The translations under genes were made by a program, and so were the position numbers. From Bdellovibrionota bacterium (GTDB lineage: Bacteria > Bdellovibrionota_C > UBA2361 > OMII01), in NCBI GenBank assembly GCA_044360195.1, contig JBIKKT010000002.1, positions 31,247-95,246 on the forward strand: DNA of 64,000 bases. The letters are read 5' to 3'. Under the pieces are notes generated by a model that saw only the letters and a program-made list of their open reading frames with translations, was not told the DNA's origin and ran no database searches. This document shows, piece after piece, positions 9,077-21,700 of the stretch (positions are counted from its first letter, which is position 1; each line of letters opens with the position of its first letter).

Positions 9077-10396
9077 ATGAGTACTGCAGGTAATCGGAAA
9101 AAAATTGTGACAGATACTAAGAGCTGGGCCGCAGAAGCCATTAGCGCAGCTGGCGGTTCGCGCTCTGGTGGCGCTGTGACCTCATTGGCTCAAGAGGGCC
9201 TGGCGGTGTGGAGCAAGGTGCTCTTCCCAACGCCGCAGCTTGAGGAGTGGAAGTACACTAACACTGAAGCGATCGCAAAGGGTGAGTTTCGGCTTGCGCC
9301 AGCGCCAGCTTCTGGACTCAGCCCAGAACTACTTGAGTCGAGTGTCATTCCGGAGCTTAACGCAGCAGCTATAGTTTTCGTCGATGGTCACTATGTACCA
9401 GCACTTTCTGCGCAGGAGATGCCCAAAGGTATATCGCTCAAGCGCCTCTCTGAATTGAGCTCAAGCGCTGCGGGAACTCTTGGGCTCCACCGCAGTGAGC
9501 CGTTCGCTGCGCTCGCAGCAGCGCTTCTTACTGATGGTGTAGAGATAACAGTAGAGCGCGGGGTAGTGGTTTCAACACCGCTTCACTTAATCAATGTTGT
9601 GACCAGTGCTTCGCGTGGATGTGTAGTCACACCTCGAGTGTGCTTGGTTGCTCACGAGAGCTCTCAGGTCACTGTTGTTGAGTCTCATCGCTCTAGTGAG
9701 GAGCTTGAATACCTCACTTTGCCAGTGTGTGAGGTGATCGCAGCGGCTAATTCGGTCGTAGATATGTATCGGGTTCAGAGCGATTCCCGTAGTGCATTCC
9801 ACGTCTCAGCTACTGCAATTGAGCAGCAAGCCTGCTCGGCAGTTAATAATCACATCTTTTCGTTTGGAAGCGCACTGGCGCGGAATAACGTTACGGTTGC
9901 TTTGAAGGGTAGTGGCTCGAATGCAGTTCTCAATGGACTCTCGGTACTCACCGGAAGCCAACACGTCGATAACTCAACCGAGATTCATCACATCGAACCC
10001 TCAGCTGAGAGTCGTGAGCACTTTAAGGGTATTTACTCCGACACGAGTCGTGGTGTTTTTTCGGGCACGATTACGGTTGATAAGATCGCTCAAAAGACGA
10101 ACGCCTTTCAGTCTAATCAGGCGCTGTTGCTTTCACCAACAGCGAGCATAGAGACCCGCCCGCAGCTTAAAATTTGGGCCGATGACGTTAAATGTACGCA
10201 CGGAGCAACGGTAGGGCAGCTCGATTCGGATGCTCTTTTCTATCTACGCTCTCGGGGGCTTAGTGAGGGAGATGCCAAGAAGTTCCTGATTCACGCCTTT
10301 GCAAGTGAGGTTCTGACCACGGTTCGGTGTGGTGCCGTGAGGGGCTATGTTGAGCAGATACTCAACGATAGGTTGGGGGGCGAGGCTAGCTGCTAA
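9077..10396 (+). CDS. sufD: Fe-S cluster assembly protein SufD
   Basis: 439 aa, directly after sufC, with the SufBD-family C-terminal beta-helix (GIYSDTSRGVFSGTITVDKIAQKTNAFQSNQALLLS, HGATVGQLD). Confidence 0.8.
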   Translation: MSTAGNRKKIVTDTKSWAAEAISAAGGSRSGGAVTSLAQEGLAVWSKVLFPTPQLEEWKYTNTEAIAKGEFRLAPAPASGLSPELLESSVIPELNAAAIVFVDGHYVPALSAQEMPKGISLKRLSELSSSAAGTLGLHRSEPFAALAAALLTDGVEITVERGVVVSTPLHLINVVTSASRGCVVTPRVCLVAHESSQVTVVESHRSSEELEYLTLPVCEVIAAANSVVDMYRVQSDSRSAFHVSATAIEQQACSAVNNHIFSFGSALARNNVTVALKGSGSNAVLNGLSVLTGSQHVDNSTEIHHIEPSAESREHFKGIYSDTSRGVFSGTITVDKIAQKTNAFQSNQALLLSPTASIETRPQLKIWADDVKCTHGATVGQLDSDALFYLRSRGLSEGDAKKFLIHAFASEVLTTVRCGAVRGYVEQILNDRLGGEASC

Positions 10397-10577
10397 CAAC
10401 GCATTTTTGACCCCCGGTAGCTCGTTATCGGGCCTGCCGTTTGCTCAGCTGGAGGATTTCTGTTAGGGTCCCGTGTCTTGTAAAAGATAGCAGCCTAACA
10501 GGTGCTACGTGCGGACCGTATGGCCCCGTGAGTTGGCGTTATAAGGTGTTGTTATTATTTGTAATTAAGGGTTCGAG

Positions 10578-10799
10578 ATGGGCGAACAGGTAGTGCAGGG
10601 AACGTCGGGTTCGATAGTTACGCGCACAAAAGACTACTTGGTTGGAAGCGTAGCGGAGCTCAAAAAGGTGCAGTCTCCCTCGCATCAGGAAACTCTGCGG
10701 ATGACCGGAGGGGTTATTTTGATAATCGTCTTTATTTCGTTGAGCCTTTTCTTTATCGATCTCGTTTGGAATTGGCTGATGTCTAAGATGATCGGCTAG
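10578..10799 (+). CDS. secE: preprotein translocase subunit SecE (single-TM short form)
   Basis: 73 aa with one C-terminal TM (GGVILIIVFISLSLFFIDLV), placed immediately upstream of nusG. Confidence 0.75.
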   Translation: MGEQVVQGTSGSIVTRTKDYLVGSVAELKKVQSPSHQETLRMTGGVILIIVFISLSLFFIDLVWNWLMSKMIG

Positions 10800-10823
10800 T
10801 TATAGGGTATTTGTCAGGAAGCT

Positions 10824-11375
10824 ATGGAAGCAACTACCACAGAGCAAAAGATGAATTGGTTCGTAGTACAGGCATACGCCGGCTTTGAAATGAAAGCCAA
10901 GCAGGCGCTTGAAGAGCGGATCCGCCTCAATAACCTTACCCACCTCTTCGGCGAAGTTCACGTGCCGCAAGAGACCGTAGTGGAGCTCGTGAAGGGTCAG
11001 AAAAAGACGTCCACTCGCAAATTCTTCCCCGGATACATGTTGGTGCAGATGGTCCTCAACGAGGAGACATGGCACCTGGTAAAGGAGACCCCTAAGATCT
11101 CAGGCTTCTTAGGTGATGCAACAACTCCGCTACCGTTAGCCGAGGAAGAGGTACAGCGTATCTTCAGTCAGGTGGAGGAGGGGGCGGCTTCTCCACGTTC
11201 TAAGATGAGCTTCGAACAGGGAGACGCTGTTAAGGTCATCGATGGTCCGTTTGCTGAGTTTAACGGCACTATCGAGGAAGTTCGTCCTGAGAAGGGTAAG
11301 GTCAAGGTGTTGATAAGCATCTTCGGTCGTGCTACTCCGGTCGAGCTTGATTTCATGCAGATTGAAAAAGCTTAG
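10824..11375 (+). CDS. nusG: transcription termination/antitermination factor NusG
   Basis: NGN domain (WFVVQAYAGFE) and C-terminal KOW (GDAVKVIDGPFAEFNGTIEEV). Confidence 0.9.
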   Translation: MEATTTEQKMNWFVVQAYAGFEMKAKQALEERIRLNNLTHLFGEVHVPQETVVELVKGQKKTSTRKFFPGYMLVQMVLNEETWHLVKETPKISGFLGDATTPLPLAEEEVQRIFSQVEEGAASPRSKMSFEQGDAVKVIDGPFAEFNGTIEEVRPEKGKVKVLISIFGRATPVELDFMQIEKA

Positions 11376-11499
11376 CTAGTAGGCTGAATGGGCGTCTGTG
11401 GGCCGGGGTCGTGCTTCTGAAAAAGACCCGTGTGCGAGCAGTAGACGTCGTGGCCTTATTAAAGTTAGTGGCGCTGAATTAACGTTGTAGGTGGTACAG

Positions 11500-11925
11500 A
11501 TGGCAAAAGAGATAAGCACAGTTATTAAATTACAAGTTTCTGGAGGGCAGGCAAATCCGGCTCCTCCTATCGGACCTGTGTTGGGTCAACACGGCGTTAA
11601 CATCATGGAGTTCTGTAAGCAGTTTAATGCCAGAACCCAGAAGCAGATCGGAGAAGTGGTCCCAGTTGTGCTCACGGTGTACAAGGATCGCTCCTTTACC
11701 TTTGAGCTCAAGACGCCACCGGTTTCATACCTCATCAAGAAGACTTTGAAGCTCGAGAAGGGCTCTGCGGTACCCAACAAGGATAAGGTAGGTAAGCTCA
11801 CAAAGGCTCAGGTCTATGAGATAGCTAGGGCTAAGATACAGGACCTAAACTGTTACGACGAGGAGGCTGCGTTCAAAATCGTGGCTGGCACGGCTCGTAG
11901 CATGGGAGTGGAAGTCGTCAATTAA
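11500..11925 (+). CDS. rplK: 50S ribosomal protein L11
   Basis: [53 protein letters not shown] lies 5 nt before the ATG at 11500 (the ORF track starts 9 nt earlier at a GTG). Confidence 0.9.
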   Translation: MAKEISTVIKLQVSGGQANPAPPIGPVLGQHGVNIMEFCKQFNARTQKQIGEVVPVVLTVYKDRSFTFELKTPPVSYLIKKTLKLEKGSAVPNKDKVGKLTKAQVYEIARAKIQDLNCYDEEAAFKIVAGTARSMGVEVVN

Positions 11926-12114
11926 GCCCGGAGATAATTAACCCCGGAGATATTGACATCTGGCCGGTAACTACCTAGGCTACCGGCCTCTTAAAAGTTT
12001 TACGTTGGAAAAACGGGCTTTTAGTGACATCCCAGAGTAAAGGATGCACCCAAAGACCTCAGTTGCCAATAAGAGATTTTAATAATTCAAGTTTTTACTC
12101 TATAGAGTGAAGTT

Positions 12115-12816
12115 ATGGCTCGTAAAAAAGAAGGCAAGCGAATCCGAGCGCAGCGCGACAAAGTTCAGCTCGATAAGCTCTATTCGATAGAAGATGGATG
12201 CAAGGTAGTAGCAAGTACTGCTTCTGCTAAATTCGACGAGAGCGTAGAGTTGGCAGTTCGGCTCGGTGTAGACCCTAAGAAGGCTGATCAAAACGTTCGC
12301 GGCTCAATACCGCTCCCTCACGGTCTCGGCAAGACGATCCGTGTTGCTGTATTCGCTAAGGGCGAAAAGGTGCAGGAGGCAACAGCGGCTGGTGCGGACA
12401 TCGTTGGCGGAGATGACCTCGTTGAGAAGATCAAGGGTGGATTCTTTGACTTCGACAGCGTTGTAGCTACACCTGACATGATGGCGCAGGTTGGTAAGGT
12501 AGGTAAGCTGCTTGGGCCACGCGGTTTGATGCCGTCGCCGAAGATCGGCACTGTGACTTTCGACGTAGCGGAGACCGTCAAGGGCCTCAAGGCTGGACGT
12601 GCTGAGTTCCGCGTTGATAAGGCTGGTATCGTTCACGCCGCAGTAGGAAAGGCTTCCTTCGGTGCTGATAAGATTCAGGAGAACGTTAATGCGCTTTTGC
12701 AGGCTCTGGGTCGTGCAAAGCCATCAACAAGCAAGGGCGTATACATGCAGTCAGCGACAGTTTCACTGACGATGGGTCCAGGCGTTGCGCTTGATGTATC
12801 GCCGCTGAGAGGTTAG
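12115..12816 (+). CDS. rplA: 50S ribosomal protein L1
   Basis: Collinear with L1 ([47 protein letters not shown]). Confidence 0.9.
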   Translation: MARKKEGKRIRAQRDKVQLDKLYSIEDGCKVVASTASAKFDESVELAVRLGVDPKKADQNVRGSIPLPHGLGKTIRVAVFAKGEKVQEATAAGADIVGGDDLVEKIKGGFFDFDSVVATPDMMAQVGKVGKLLGPRGLMPSPKIGTVTFDVAETVKGLKAGRAEFRVDKAGIVHAAVGKASFGADKIQENVNALLQALGRAKPSTSKGVYMQSATVSLTMGPGVALDVSPLRG

Positions 12817-12853
12817 TAGCGGGCGGTTAGCGAATCGGTAAGGAGTTTAGATT

Positions 12854-13414
12854 ATGGAAAGAGCTGATAAAGAAGTCGCGTTGAACGCTCTGGTGGGTAG
12901 TTTCACACAGGCTCAGATCGCTGTATGCGCTGATCCACGTGGGCTTACCGTGGCCAAGATAACCGAGCTTCGCAGAGAGCTGCGCAAGGTCGGTGCTAAT
13001 GGGAAGGTCGTTCGTAATACGCTTGCACGTCTTGCTGTTAAGCAGGTCGAAGGTGGCAAGGGTTCGCGAGAGCAGGAGATAGAGAAGTTTCTTGGGACCA
13101 TCGTCGGTCCAACTTTCGTTGTTACCTCTGATTCGGATCCGATCGGTCCGACCAAGGTGCTAGTTAAGTTTGCTAAGGCAAATGATAAGTTTCGAGTGAA
13201 GGGATGTTGGCTTGATGGCGCGTACGTCGATCCTGCAGGTGTAGATTCGTTGTCGAATATGCCAGGCAGGGACGAGATGTTTGCCATGTTGCTGAACCTT
13301 ATTTCGGCGCCTGCTACTCGCCTCGTTCGCCTACTTTCTGAGCCTGGCTCTCAGGTAGCGCGCGTGGTTGAGGCAAACCGTAAGAAGCTCGGAGGAGAAT
13401 CGGCTGCAGCGTAG
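12854..13414 (+). CDS. rplJ: 50S ribosomal protein L10
   Basis: 186 aa between rplA and rplL with L10-like composition. Confidence 0.85.
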   Translation: MERADKEVALNALVGSFTQAQIAVCADPRGLTVAKITELRRELRKVGANGKVVRNTLARLAVKQVEGGKGSREQEIEKFLGTIVGPTFVVTSDSDPIGPTKVLVKFAKANDKFRVKGCWLDGAYVDPAGVDSLSNMPGRDEMFAMLLNLISAPATRLVRLLSEPGSQVARVVEANRKKLGGESAAA

Positions 13415-13481
13415 GCGCAGTTCGAAGAATGGGTTGGATAGTTAATTTTTTAGTTGTGTCGTTTGGAAAGGAGTAAAACCA

Positions 13482-13876
13482 TGTCAGAAGCGTCTGGAGT
13501 TACATTCGAGGGCGTTGTTGAGTTCATCAAGGGTATGTCCCTGATGGATGCTGCTAAGATGGTAAAGCAGCTTGAGGAAGAGCTCGGCGTTAGCGCTGCA
13601 GCTCCTGTTGCAATGATGGCCGGTGCTGGAGCTCCAGCTGCTGGTGCTGCTGCAGCTGAGGAGAAAACCGAGTTCACGATCATGCTTGATGAGGCCGGAG
13701 CCGAGAAGGTTAAGGTCATCAAGGTTGTTCGCGAAATCACAGGTCTCGGACTCAAGGAGGCTAAGGACCTCGTTGACGGAGCTCCTAAGCTCGTCAAAGA
13801 GGGTGTTGCTAAGGCCGACGCCGAGGATTTCGTTAAGAAACTTAAGGAAGCTGGCGCTAAGGCTAGCCTCAAGTAG
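13482..13876 (+). CDS. rplL: 50S ribosomal protein L7/L12
   Basis: SD AAAGGAG before the ATG at 13482. MSEAS...[17 protein letters not shown] hinge and the C-terminal domain [50 protein letters not shown]. Confidence 0.9.
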
Positions 13877-13896
13877 TTCGAAATCTAGAAATATAG

Positions 13897-14014
13897 TCGG
13901 GAGACCGTATCCCGATGAAAAAAGGGGTAAAGGTGACCACCGGGCAGTTGCCCAGGGGGAATCTTTAGTCCTATATTCGGAAAGCGCCTGGGAGGGGGTT
14001 CGCCCTTTCCCAGG
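13897..14014 (+). promoter_or_regulatory. rplL-rpoB intergenic stem-loops (candidate attenuator/processing site)
   Basis: Hairpins TCGGGA-N7-TCCCGA (13897..13915) and CCTGGGA-GGGGGTTCGCCCTT-TCCCAGG (13987..14014) lie in the 317-nt spacer. Confidence 0.3.
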
Positions 14015-14193
14015 CCTGTCGTTAGGTAGCTCGCTACCACACTTGTTGTACGACTTCCCAGCGCAAAGAACGTTCTGCGTTGGGGGTATGGAAGGCTTGG
14101 CAGGTTAAACCGCTTAAGGAGGGTAGTCTCCCCCAAACCCGGGGTTGGACACTTCTGTCGGGCTAGCCGTAACGCCTTGAAAGTCACTTACTT

Positions 14194-17100
14194 ATGGCAT
14201 CAAAAATCAAGACCAACCTCAGACTCCGCAGAAGTTACTCAAAAATCGGCGAATTCGCTGAAATCCCAAATTTAATAGGTATCCAGAGGCGTTCATACGA
14301 GCGCTTCCTTCAAACAAATGTCCCGCTTGAGAAGCGCGAAGATATTGGTTTGCAGAAGGTCTTCAAGTCGGTGTTCCCGATCCGGGACTACAACAACACC
14401 GCTTCGCTTGAGTTCGTATCGTACGACCTCGGCACACCGAAGTACGACATGGATGAGTGTCGCGACCGTGGTATGACGTGGGCCGCGCCGCTCCGCGTAA
14501 CGATTCAGCTGGTTCTTTGGGATGTTAATCCGGACACTGGTGCTCGCCACCTCAGCGCCTTGAAAGAGGATGTTGTTTATTTCGGTGAGATACCGCTGAT
14601 GACTGAGCGTGGAACGTTCGTTATCAACGGAACTGAGCGCGTAATCGTGTCCCAGCTACACCGCTCACCTGGCGTGTTCTTTGACCACGATGATGGAAAG
14701 AGCCACGTATCCGGCAAGTTACTCTATTCATCCCGAATCATCCCGTACCGCGGTTCGTGGATCGATTTCGAGTTCGACGTGAAGGATATCCTCCACGTTC
14801 GTATCGACCGTCGTCGTAAGTTGAACGCCACAGTGCTGCTGCGCGCTTTGGGAATGTCGGCCGACGATATCCTTGCTAACTACTACAAGAACGACGTCAT
14901 TGTCTTCGGCAAGAAGGGGTTGGTAACAAAGGAGTTTAAGGCTGACCAACTCGAAGGCCAGAAGTCGGTACGCGAGGTTAAGGTTGACGGTAAAGTGCTC
15001 GTGAAGCACGGTGGTAAGTTCAATAAGGCTGTAATCCGCCGCCTCAAGGAGGCTAAGATTCAAGAGATCGAGATCGGAGCCGAGGCTGTTCCGGGTATGG
15101 TTGCGGCTGAGACCGTCATACAGGCAACAGAGGATGTAGCCGATCCGAAGACAGGCGAAGTTATTGCAGAGAAGGGCGAGGTGCTCGTTGGATGGGAAGT
15201 CATCCGTGAGCGTCTGGGGTCGGTTGTACTTGAGCTCGATGAGAAAGATGCTCGCCATATCTGCTCGCAGTTTGCTGTAGTGGTAAATGCCGGTGATGAG
15301 CTGAAGGCAGATAAGATAAACTCTAAAGGCGAGATAGTTGATCGCGGTAACATCACTGCTCAGCGTGAGCTTGGACTAGATCGAATTCGTGTCCTCTTCA
15401 CTGACGATCACCACATCGGTGATGCGCTCTGGAAGACCTTGGCTTCAGATAAGATGGGAGGGGACCACTCTCTCTACTCACGCCTCGTAAGTCGTCCAAC
15501 GATCGACAGCTTGATAGAGATCTACCGTCGTTTGCGTCCAGGTGATCCTCCGCGTCCTGAGACTGCGCAAGCAACGTTCAAGAACCTCTTCTTTAACGCA
15601 GACCGCTATGACCTCTCGGATATCGGTCGCTACAAGATGAACCACAAGCTCTATATCTCTCACGGTAAAGAGGCTCCTCCGATGGATCAGGGAGTGCTCT
15701 CGCCGGAAGATATCAAGGAGACCGTACGTTATCTCGTTGAGCTTCGTAACTCGACAGACGCACAGCGCTACTCGGTCGACGATATCGATCACCTCGGTAA
15801 CCGCCGCGTTAGAGCAGTGGGTGAGTTGATTGAGAACCAGTACCGCATCGGCCTCGTGCGCATGGAGCGCGCGGTCAAAGAGCGCATGGGTATGCAGGAT
15901 ATTGATACCCTCGTACCGCAGGATCTTATCAACTATAAGCCAGTGGCTGCAGTTGTTAAGGAGTTCTTCGGTTCCTCGCAGCTTTCACAGTTCATGGATC
16001 AGACCAATCCTCTCTCAGAGATCACTCACAAGCGTCGATTGTCGGCACTTGGGCCAGGCGGTCTAACGCGAGATCGAGCAGGATTTGAGGTGCGTGACGT
16101 TAACGCAACTCACTACGGTCGTATCTGTCCGATTGAGACACCTGAAGGTCCAAATATCGGTCTTATCGCATCGCTTGCTGTATACGCGCGCGTAAATGAA
16201 TTCGGATTCGTTGAGACCCCGTACCGAGTCGTTGATAACAATAATCGTGTTACCAGTGATGTCGTGTACCTCTCAGCTCTTGAAGAGGAGCGCGAGACAA
16301 TAGCTCCAGCGATTACCGAGATGGATAAGAAGGGTAACCTCACTGAGTCAGCCGTACCAGTCCGTCGCAACGGGGAGTACCTCCTCGTTCCGCCAGCTGA
16401 GGTGACTAAGCTCGACGTTAGCCCGAAGCAGATTGTGAGCGTTGCGGCATCGCTGATTCCGTTCCTTGAGAACGATGATGCTAACCGCGCGTTGATGGGA
16501 TCTAATATGCAGCGCCAAGCAGTTCCGTGCTTACGAGCACAGGCTCCGCTGGTTGGAACTGGAATGGAGCACATCGTTGCTCGCGACTCCGGTGCCACTA
16601 TCGTTGCTAAGCGGTCTGGTCGCGTAATGTCGGTTGAATCTGAGCGAATCGTTATTAAGTCTGATAAGACCAGTGATGATCCGCTAGATACGGGAGTAGA
16701 TATCTACAAGCTCGTTAAGTATCGACGCTCCAACCAGAATACCTGCATTACACAGCGTCCGATCGTAAGTGTCAGCGAGAAGATCGAAGAGGGTGAGGTT
16801 ATTGCTGATGGTCCGTCGACGGATATGGCAGAGCTGGCGCTCGGTCAGAACTGTGTCGTGGCTTTCATGCCGTGGAACGGTTACAACTTCGAGGACTCAG
16901 TTCTTATCAGCGAAAATCTCGTGAAGAAGGACGTCTTTACGTCAGTCCACATTGAGGAGTTCGAGTGTATCGCTCGCGATACCAAGCTTGGTAAGGAAGA
17001 GATTACTCGTGATATTCCAAACGTTGGAGAGGAAGCACTCAAGAACCTCGACGAGTCAGGTATCATTCGTATCGGAGCTGAAGTTAAGCCTGGTGACATC

Positions 17101-18651
17101 CTCGTAGGAAAGATTACTCCTAAGAGCGAGACCCAGTTGAGCCCTGAAGAGAAGCTTTTGCGAGCAATCTTCGGAGAGAAGGCTGGTGAAGTTCGTGATA
17201 GCAGCTTGAAGCTCCCTCCAGGAGTTGAAGGAACTATCATATCGGCTCAGGTGTTCTCTCGTAAGGGAACCGACAAGGACGAGCGCACTATCGAGCTTGA
17301 GAAGCGTGATATCGCACTCCTTGAGCAGGACCAGCGCGATGAGATCAACATCCTGCGTGATGCAGCGATGAGGGAGATAATTGAGCTCCTCGTTGGGAAG
17401 AAGACAACGGGAAGACTTGTTGATGATAAGCGTCAGCAATTAATCGCGAAGGATACAGAGATAACTGCTGAGCTGCTCAACAGCACTCCGTTTGAGTATC
17501 TCCGTGATATTCAAGTTGGAGATGAGAAGATCGAGGAGCGCATCAACAAAGTTGTTGTGCGAACCGGCCAGCTCATTAACAACAAGCGTTCTCACCTGAA
17601 TGAGAAGATTAAGCGTCTCAAAGAGGGTGATGAGCTTGCGCCTGGAATAATCAAGATGGTGAAGGTGTTCATAGCCATCAAGAGAAAGATTCAGGTAGGA
17701 GACAAGGTTGCAGGTCGTCACGGAAACAAGGGAGTTCTCTCTCGCGTGCTTCCAGAAGAGGATATGCCGTACCTTGAGGATGGAACACCAGTAGATATGG
17801 TTCTCAATCCGCTCGGAGTACCGTCCCGAATGAACGTGGGACAGATTCTTGAGACGCACCTTGGGTGGGCATCGTACATGTTGGGTCGACGCATCCGTGA
17901 GATCGTCGAGTCAGTTGTTGATCCTCTGACTGGTACAGATCGAATCGAGACCACTGCTCAGTCAAAGAAGGAGGCAATCGCAAAGATTCGCTCTATCCTT
18001 CTGACTGCGTACAAGGGTAGCCAGCATGCAACGTTTGTTGAGTCGCTAAACGATTCAGACTTACTCGAGCTTGCACGGCGAGAGATGACAGGAGTTCGAT
18101 TTGCAACTCCAGTATTCGATGCAGCCCGTGAGCGAGAGATCCAAGAGATGCTCGCATTCTCAGGTGTCGCAGAGGATGGAAAAGTTCAGTTATACGACGG
18201 TCGCACCGGGGAGGCTTTCGCAGAGAGAGCTACGGTAGGTGTGATGTACATGCTGAAACTCGACCACTTGGTGGATGATAAGATCCACGCTCGTTCGATT
18301 GGGCCATACTCGCTTGTCACACAGCAGCCGTTGGGTGGTAAGGCGCAGTTCGGAGGTCAACGTCTCGGAGAGATGGAGGTATGGGCACTTGAGGCATACG
18401 GTGCGGCGTACTCTCTACAGGAGTTCTTGACCGTTAAGTCTGACGACGTAGCTGGACGTACTCGCATGTACGAGTCGATCGTGAAGGGCGAGCACGTTCT
18501 CGAGCCGGGTCTGCCGGAGTCGTTCAACGTTATGATGAAAGAGCTTCAATCGCTCTGTCTCGATGTTGAACTGGTTGAGGAGAAGGAGGCAGGAGCTGCG
18601 GCTGATGAGCCTACGGCTTCACTCGATACAGAGACACCAACTGCTGCGTAG
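14194..18651 (+). CDS. rpoB: DNA-directed RNA polymerase subunit beta
   Basis: 1485 aa. Rif-cluster region [30 protein letters not shown] and [15 protein letters not shown] are present. It carries a lineage-specific insertion around residues 230-400. Confidence 0.95.
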   Translation: MASKIKTNLRLRRSYSKIGEFAEIPNLIGIQRRSYERFLQTNVPLEKREDIGLQKVFKSVFPIRDYNNTASLEFVSYDLGTPKYDMDECRDRGMTWAAPLRVTIQLVLWDVNPDTGARHLSALKEDVVYFGEIPLMTERGTFVINGTERVIVSQLHRSPGVFFDHDDGKSHVSGKLLYSSRIIPYRGSWIDFEFDVKDILHVRIDRRRKLNATVLLRALGMSADDILANYYKNDVIVFGKKGLVTKEFKADQLEGQKSVREVKVDGKVLVKHGGKFNKAVIRRLKEAKIQEIEIGAEAVPGMVAAETVIQATEDVADPKTGEVIAEKGEVLVGWEVIRERLGSVVLELDEKDARHICSQFAVVVNAGDELKADKINSKGEIVDRGNITAQRELGLDRIRVLFTDDHHIGDALWKTLASDKMGGDHSLYSRLVSRPTIDSLIEIYRRLRPGDPPRPETAQATFKNLFFNADRYDLSDIGRYKMNHKLYISHGKEAPPMDQGVLSPEDIKETVRYLVELRNSTDAQRYSVDDIDHLGNRRVRAVGELIENQYRIGLVRMERAVKERMGMQDIDTLVPQDLINYKPVAAVVKEFFGSSQLSQFMDQTNPLSEITHKRRLSALGPGGLTRDRAGFEVRDVNATHYGRICPIETPEGPNIGLIASLAVYARVNEFGFVETPYRVVDNNNRVTSDVVYLSALEEERETIAPAITEMDKKGNLTESAVPVRRNGEYLLVPPAEVTKLDVSPKQIVSVAASLIPFLENDDANRALMGSNMQRQAVPCLRAQAPLVGTGMEHIVARDSGATIVAKRSGRVMSVESERIVIKSDKTSDDPLDTGVDIYKLVKYRRSNQNTCITQRPIVSVSEKIEEGEVIADGPSTDMAELALGQNCVVAFMPWNGYNFEDSVLISENLVKKDVFTSVHIEEFECIARDTKLGKEEITRDIPNVGEEALKNLDESGIIRIGAEVKPGDILVGKITPKSETQLSPEEKLLRAIFGEKAGEVRDSSLKLPPGVEGTIISAQVFSRKGTDKDERTIELEKRDIALLEQDQRDEINILRDAAMREIIELLVGKKTTGRLVDDKRQQLIAKDTEITAELLNSTPFEYLRDIQVGDEKIEERINKVVVRTGQLINNKRSHLNEKIKRLKEGDELAPGIIKMVKVFIAIKRKIQVGDKVAGRHGNKGVLSRVLPEEDMPYLEDGTPVDMVLNPLGVPSRMNVGQILETHLGWASYMLGRRIREIVESVVDPLTGTDRIETTAQSKKEAIAKIRSILLTAYKGSQHATFVESLNDSDLLELARREMTGVRFATPVFDAAREREIQEMLAFSGVAEDGKVQLYDGRTGEAFAERATVGVMYMLKLDHLVDDKIHARSIGPYSLVTQQPLGGKAQFGGQRLGEMEVWALEAYGAAYSLQEFLTVKSDDVAGRTRMYESIVKGEHVLEPGLPESFNVMMKELQSLCLDVELVEEKEAGAAADEPTASLDTETPTAA

Positions 18652-18724
18652 TGGTGGCGAAAGCCACAAGCGGTAGCCGATAACGTATCGGCTACCGCAT
18701 CTGATTTCAAACTGAGGGAGACAC

Positions 18725-21700
18725 ATGGACGATTTATTTAGTTTGTTTGAGCGACCTAAGAATCCAATTAAGTTTAATGCACTTAAGATTTCGCTCGCTA
18801 GCCCGGAGAGAATCCGAAGCTGGTCGTTTGGTGAAGTAACCAAGCCTGAGACCATCAACTATCGAACGCTTAAGCCTGAGCGAGATGGTCTCTTCTGCGC
18901 TAAGATATTCGGACCCGTGAAGGACTACGAATGTATCTGCGGAAAGTATAAGCGTCTTCGGCACCGCGGAGTGGTGTGCGAAAAGTGCGGAGTAGAGGTG
19001 ATTCAGTCCAAGGTGCGTCGTGAGCGCATGGGGCACATCGAGCTTGCTTGCCCAGTTGCACACATCTGGTTCCTGAAGAGCTTGCCAAGCCGCATAGGAA
19101 ATATCCTCGACCTGACTCTGCGTGACCTTGAGAAAGTTCTCTACTTCGAGAGCTACGTAGTTACTGATCCAGGGAAGACCTCGCTCAAGTTAGGAGAGCT
19201 TCTGACAGAGCGCGAGTACAGAACTGCTCGAGAGGAGTTCGGTTCGGGCTTTGACGCTGGAATGGGAGCTGAGGCTGTGTTCCTTCTCCTTCAAGCTATA
19301 AACGTTGATGCTGCTTGTGCAGAGCTGCGCGAAGAGATGAAGGACGTCACTTCCGAGGCTAAGAAGAAGAAGTTGGCTAAGCGTTTAAGAGTGTTGAGCT
19401 CATTCCAACAGAGCGGCAATAAGCCTGAGTGGATGATCCTTAACGTAGTACCCGTTATTCCTCCGGACCTCCGTCCGTTGGTTCCACTTGATGGTGGTCG
19501 TTTTGCGACATCAGATCTGAACGATCTCTATCGCCGCGTTATTAACCGTAACAACCGCCTCAAGAGGCTCATTGAACTTAATGCTCCAGACATCATCATC
19601 CGCAACGAGAAGCGCATGCTTCAAGAGTCTGTGGATGCCTTGTTTGACAACGGTCGTCGTGGTCGAACGATTACTGGACCTAACAAGCGTCCGCTCAAGT
19701 CTTTGAGCGATATGCTCAAAGGTAAGGGTGGTCGTTTCCGACAGAACCTGCTCGGTAAGCGCGTAGATTACTCTGGCCGTTCCGTTATCGTGGTTGGTCC
19801 GGAGCTTCGTTTGCACCAGTGCGGTCTGCCAAAGAAGATGGCGCTCGAGCTCTTTAAGCCCTTTATCTACAACAAGCTCGAAGAGCGTGGTTATGTGACC
19901 ACGATCAAGAGCGCTAAGAAGATGGTTGAGAAAGAGAAGCCGGTAGTATGGGATATCCTCGATGAAGTAATTCGCGAGCACCCAGTTCTGCTTAACCGAG
20001 CTCCTACGCTTCACCGTCTCGGTATCCAAGCTTTCGAGCCGATACTAATAGAAGGTAAGGCTATTCAGCTTCACCCACTCGTATGTACTGCATTTAACGC
20101 AGACTTCGACGGTGACCAGATGGCCGTGCACGTTCCGCTCTCGATCGAGGCTCAAGTTGAGGCTCGCGTACTTATGATGTCGACCAACAACATCTTGAGC
20201 CCAGCAAACGGTAAGCCGATCATCGTGCCTTCACAGGATATCGTTCTCGGTCTCTACTATATGACGCGTGAGCGTCCGTTCGCAGCCGGTGAGAATCGTG
20301 TCTACTCGTCTTCAGATGAGGTATGGCTCGCATGGCAGTCAGGGGAGACCCATCTGCAGGCCAAGATTCGGTGCCGCATTGACGGAAAGCTGGAGAGTAC
20401 CACAGTTGGAAGAACACTTCTGTATCACCTCTGTCCGCGTGTGCTCCCATTCTCTCACTTCAACAAGGTGATGAAGAAGAAAGAGATCTCGCAGCTTATT
20501 GATGAAGCGTTCCGAGTGGCTGGTAACAAGGCGACCGTGCTCCTCGCAGACAAGCTCAAGGACAACGGATACTTCTTCGCAACCATCTCGGGAATCTCAA
20601 TCGGTATTCAGGATATGGTTATCCCTGATGCGAAGAAGGGTCTCCTCGGTGAGGCTGATTCTAAGGTCGCAGAGATTGATTCGCAGTACCGTGAGGGTCT
20701 CGTTACGGCGGGAGAGCGTTACAATAAGGTCATCGATATCTGGTCAGATGTAGGAGACCGTATCGCTCAAGATATGATGGAGACTATCTCCACCACAGAA
20801 TTCAAAGACAGCGCTACCGGTGAGATGAAGCAGGGTCCGTCGTTTAACCCGATCTTCATCATGGCTGACTCTGGCGCTCGTGGATCGAGCCAACAGATTC
20901 GTCAGCTCGGCGGTATGCGAGGACTGATGGCTAAGCCAGACGGTTCGATCATCGAGCAGCCGATTAAGGCGAACCTGCGCGAAGGTCTAACGGTCCTTCA
21001 GTACTTCGTGTCAACGCACGGAGCTCGTAAGGGTCTCGCGGATACAGCGCTTAAGACAGCTAACTCAGGTTATCTGACTCGTAAGCTCGTAGATGTAGCT
21101 CAAGATAGTATAATTGCTGAGTACGATTGCGGTTCGGCTGAAGGTCTTGAAACGTCGGCGATGATCGAGGGCGGTGAGGAGATCGAATCCTTGTATAACC
21201 GCATCTTGGGTCGCGTCGCGGCTGAGGATGTTCGCGATACTATCACCAATGAAGTGTTGGTTGAGCGCAATCAGGTAATCGACGAAGAGATCGCGTCTAA
21301 GATCTCATCATCGGGCACTGACACGGTTCTTATCCGTTCAGTACTTACCTGCGAGGCTCAGCGCGGAGTGTGTGGACTGTGCTACGGACGCGACCTTGCT
21401 CGCGGACACTTGGTAAATATCGGTGAGGCTGTCGGTGTTATCGCAGCGCAATCGATCGGAGAGCCAGGAACTCAGCTGACTATGAGAACGTTCCACATCG
21501 GAGGAGCGGCGCTCGGTCGAGCTGAATCAACCTCGCTTGAGGCCCGTTACGCTGGACTCGTTAAGCTTGAGGGCGTGCGTCTTGCTCGCCGTCGGGATGG
21601 TAGCTCGGTGGTTATGAGCCGTAAGGCAGAGATCCTGATTGTCGATAAGGCTGACGGTCGTGAGCGTGAGCGTCATCCGCTTGTATACGGAGCGCGTTTA

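Noticed and set aside
13623-14108. ORF 13623..14108(+) overlapping rplL in another frame and the rplL-rpoB spacer
   Set aside because: Arg/Ser-rich out-of-frame translation of rplL and the hairpin-containing spacer. The real genes account for the sequence.
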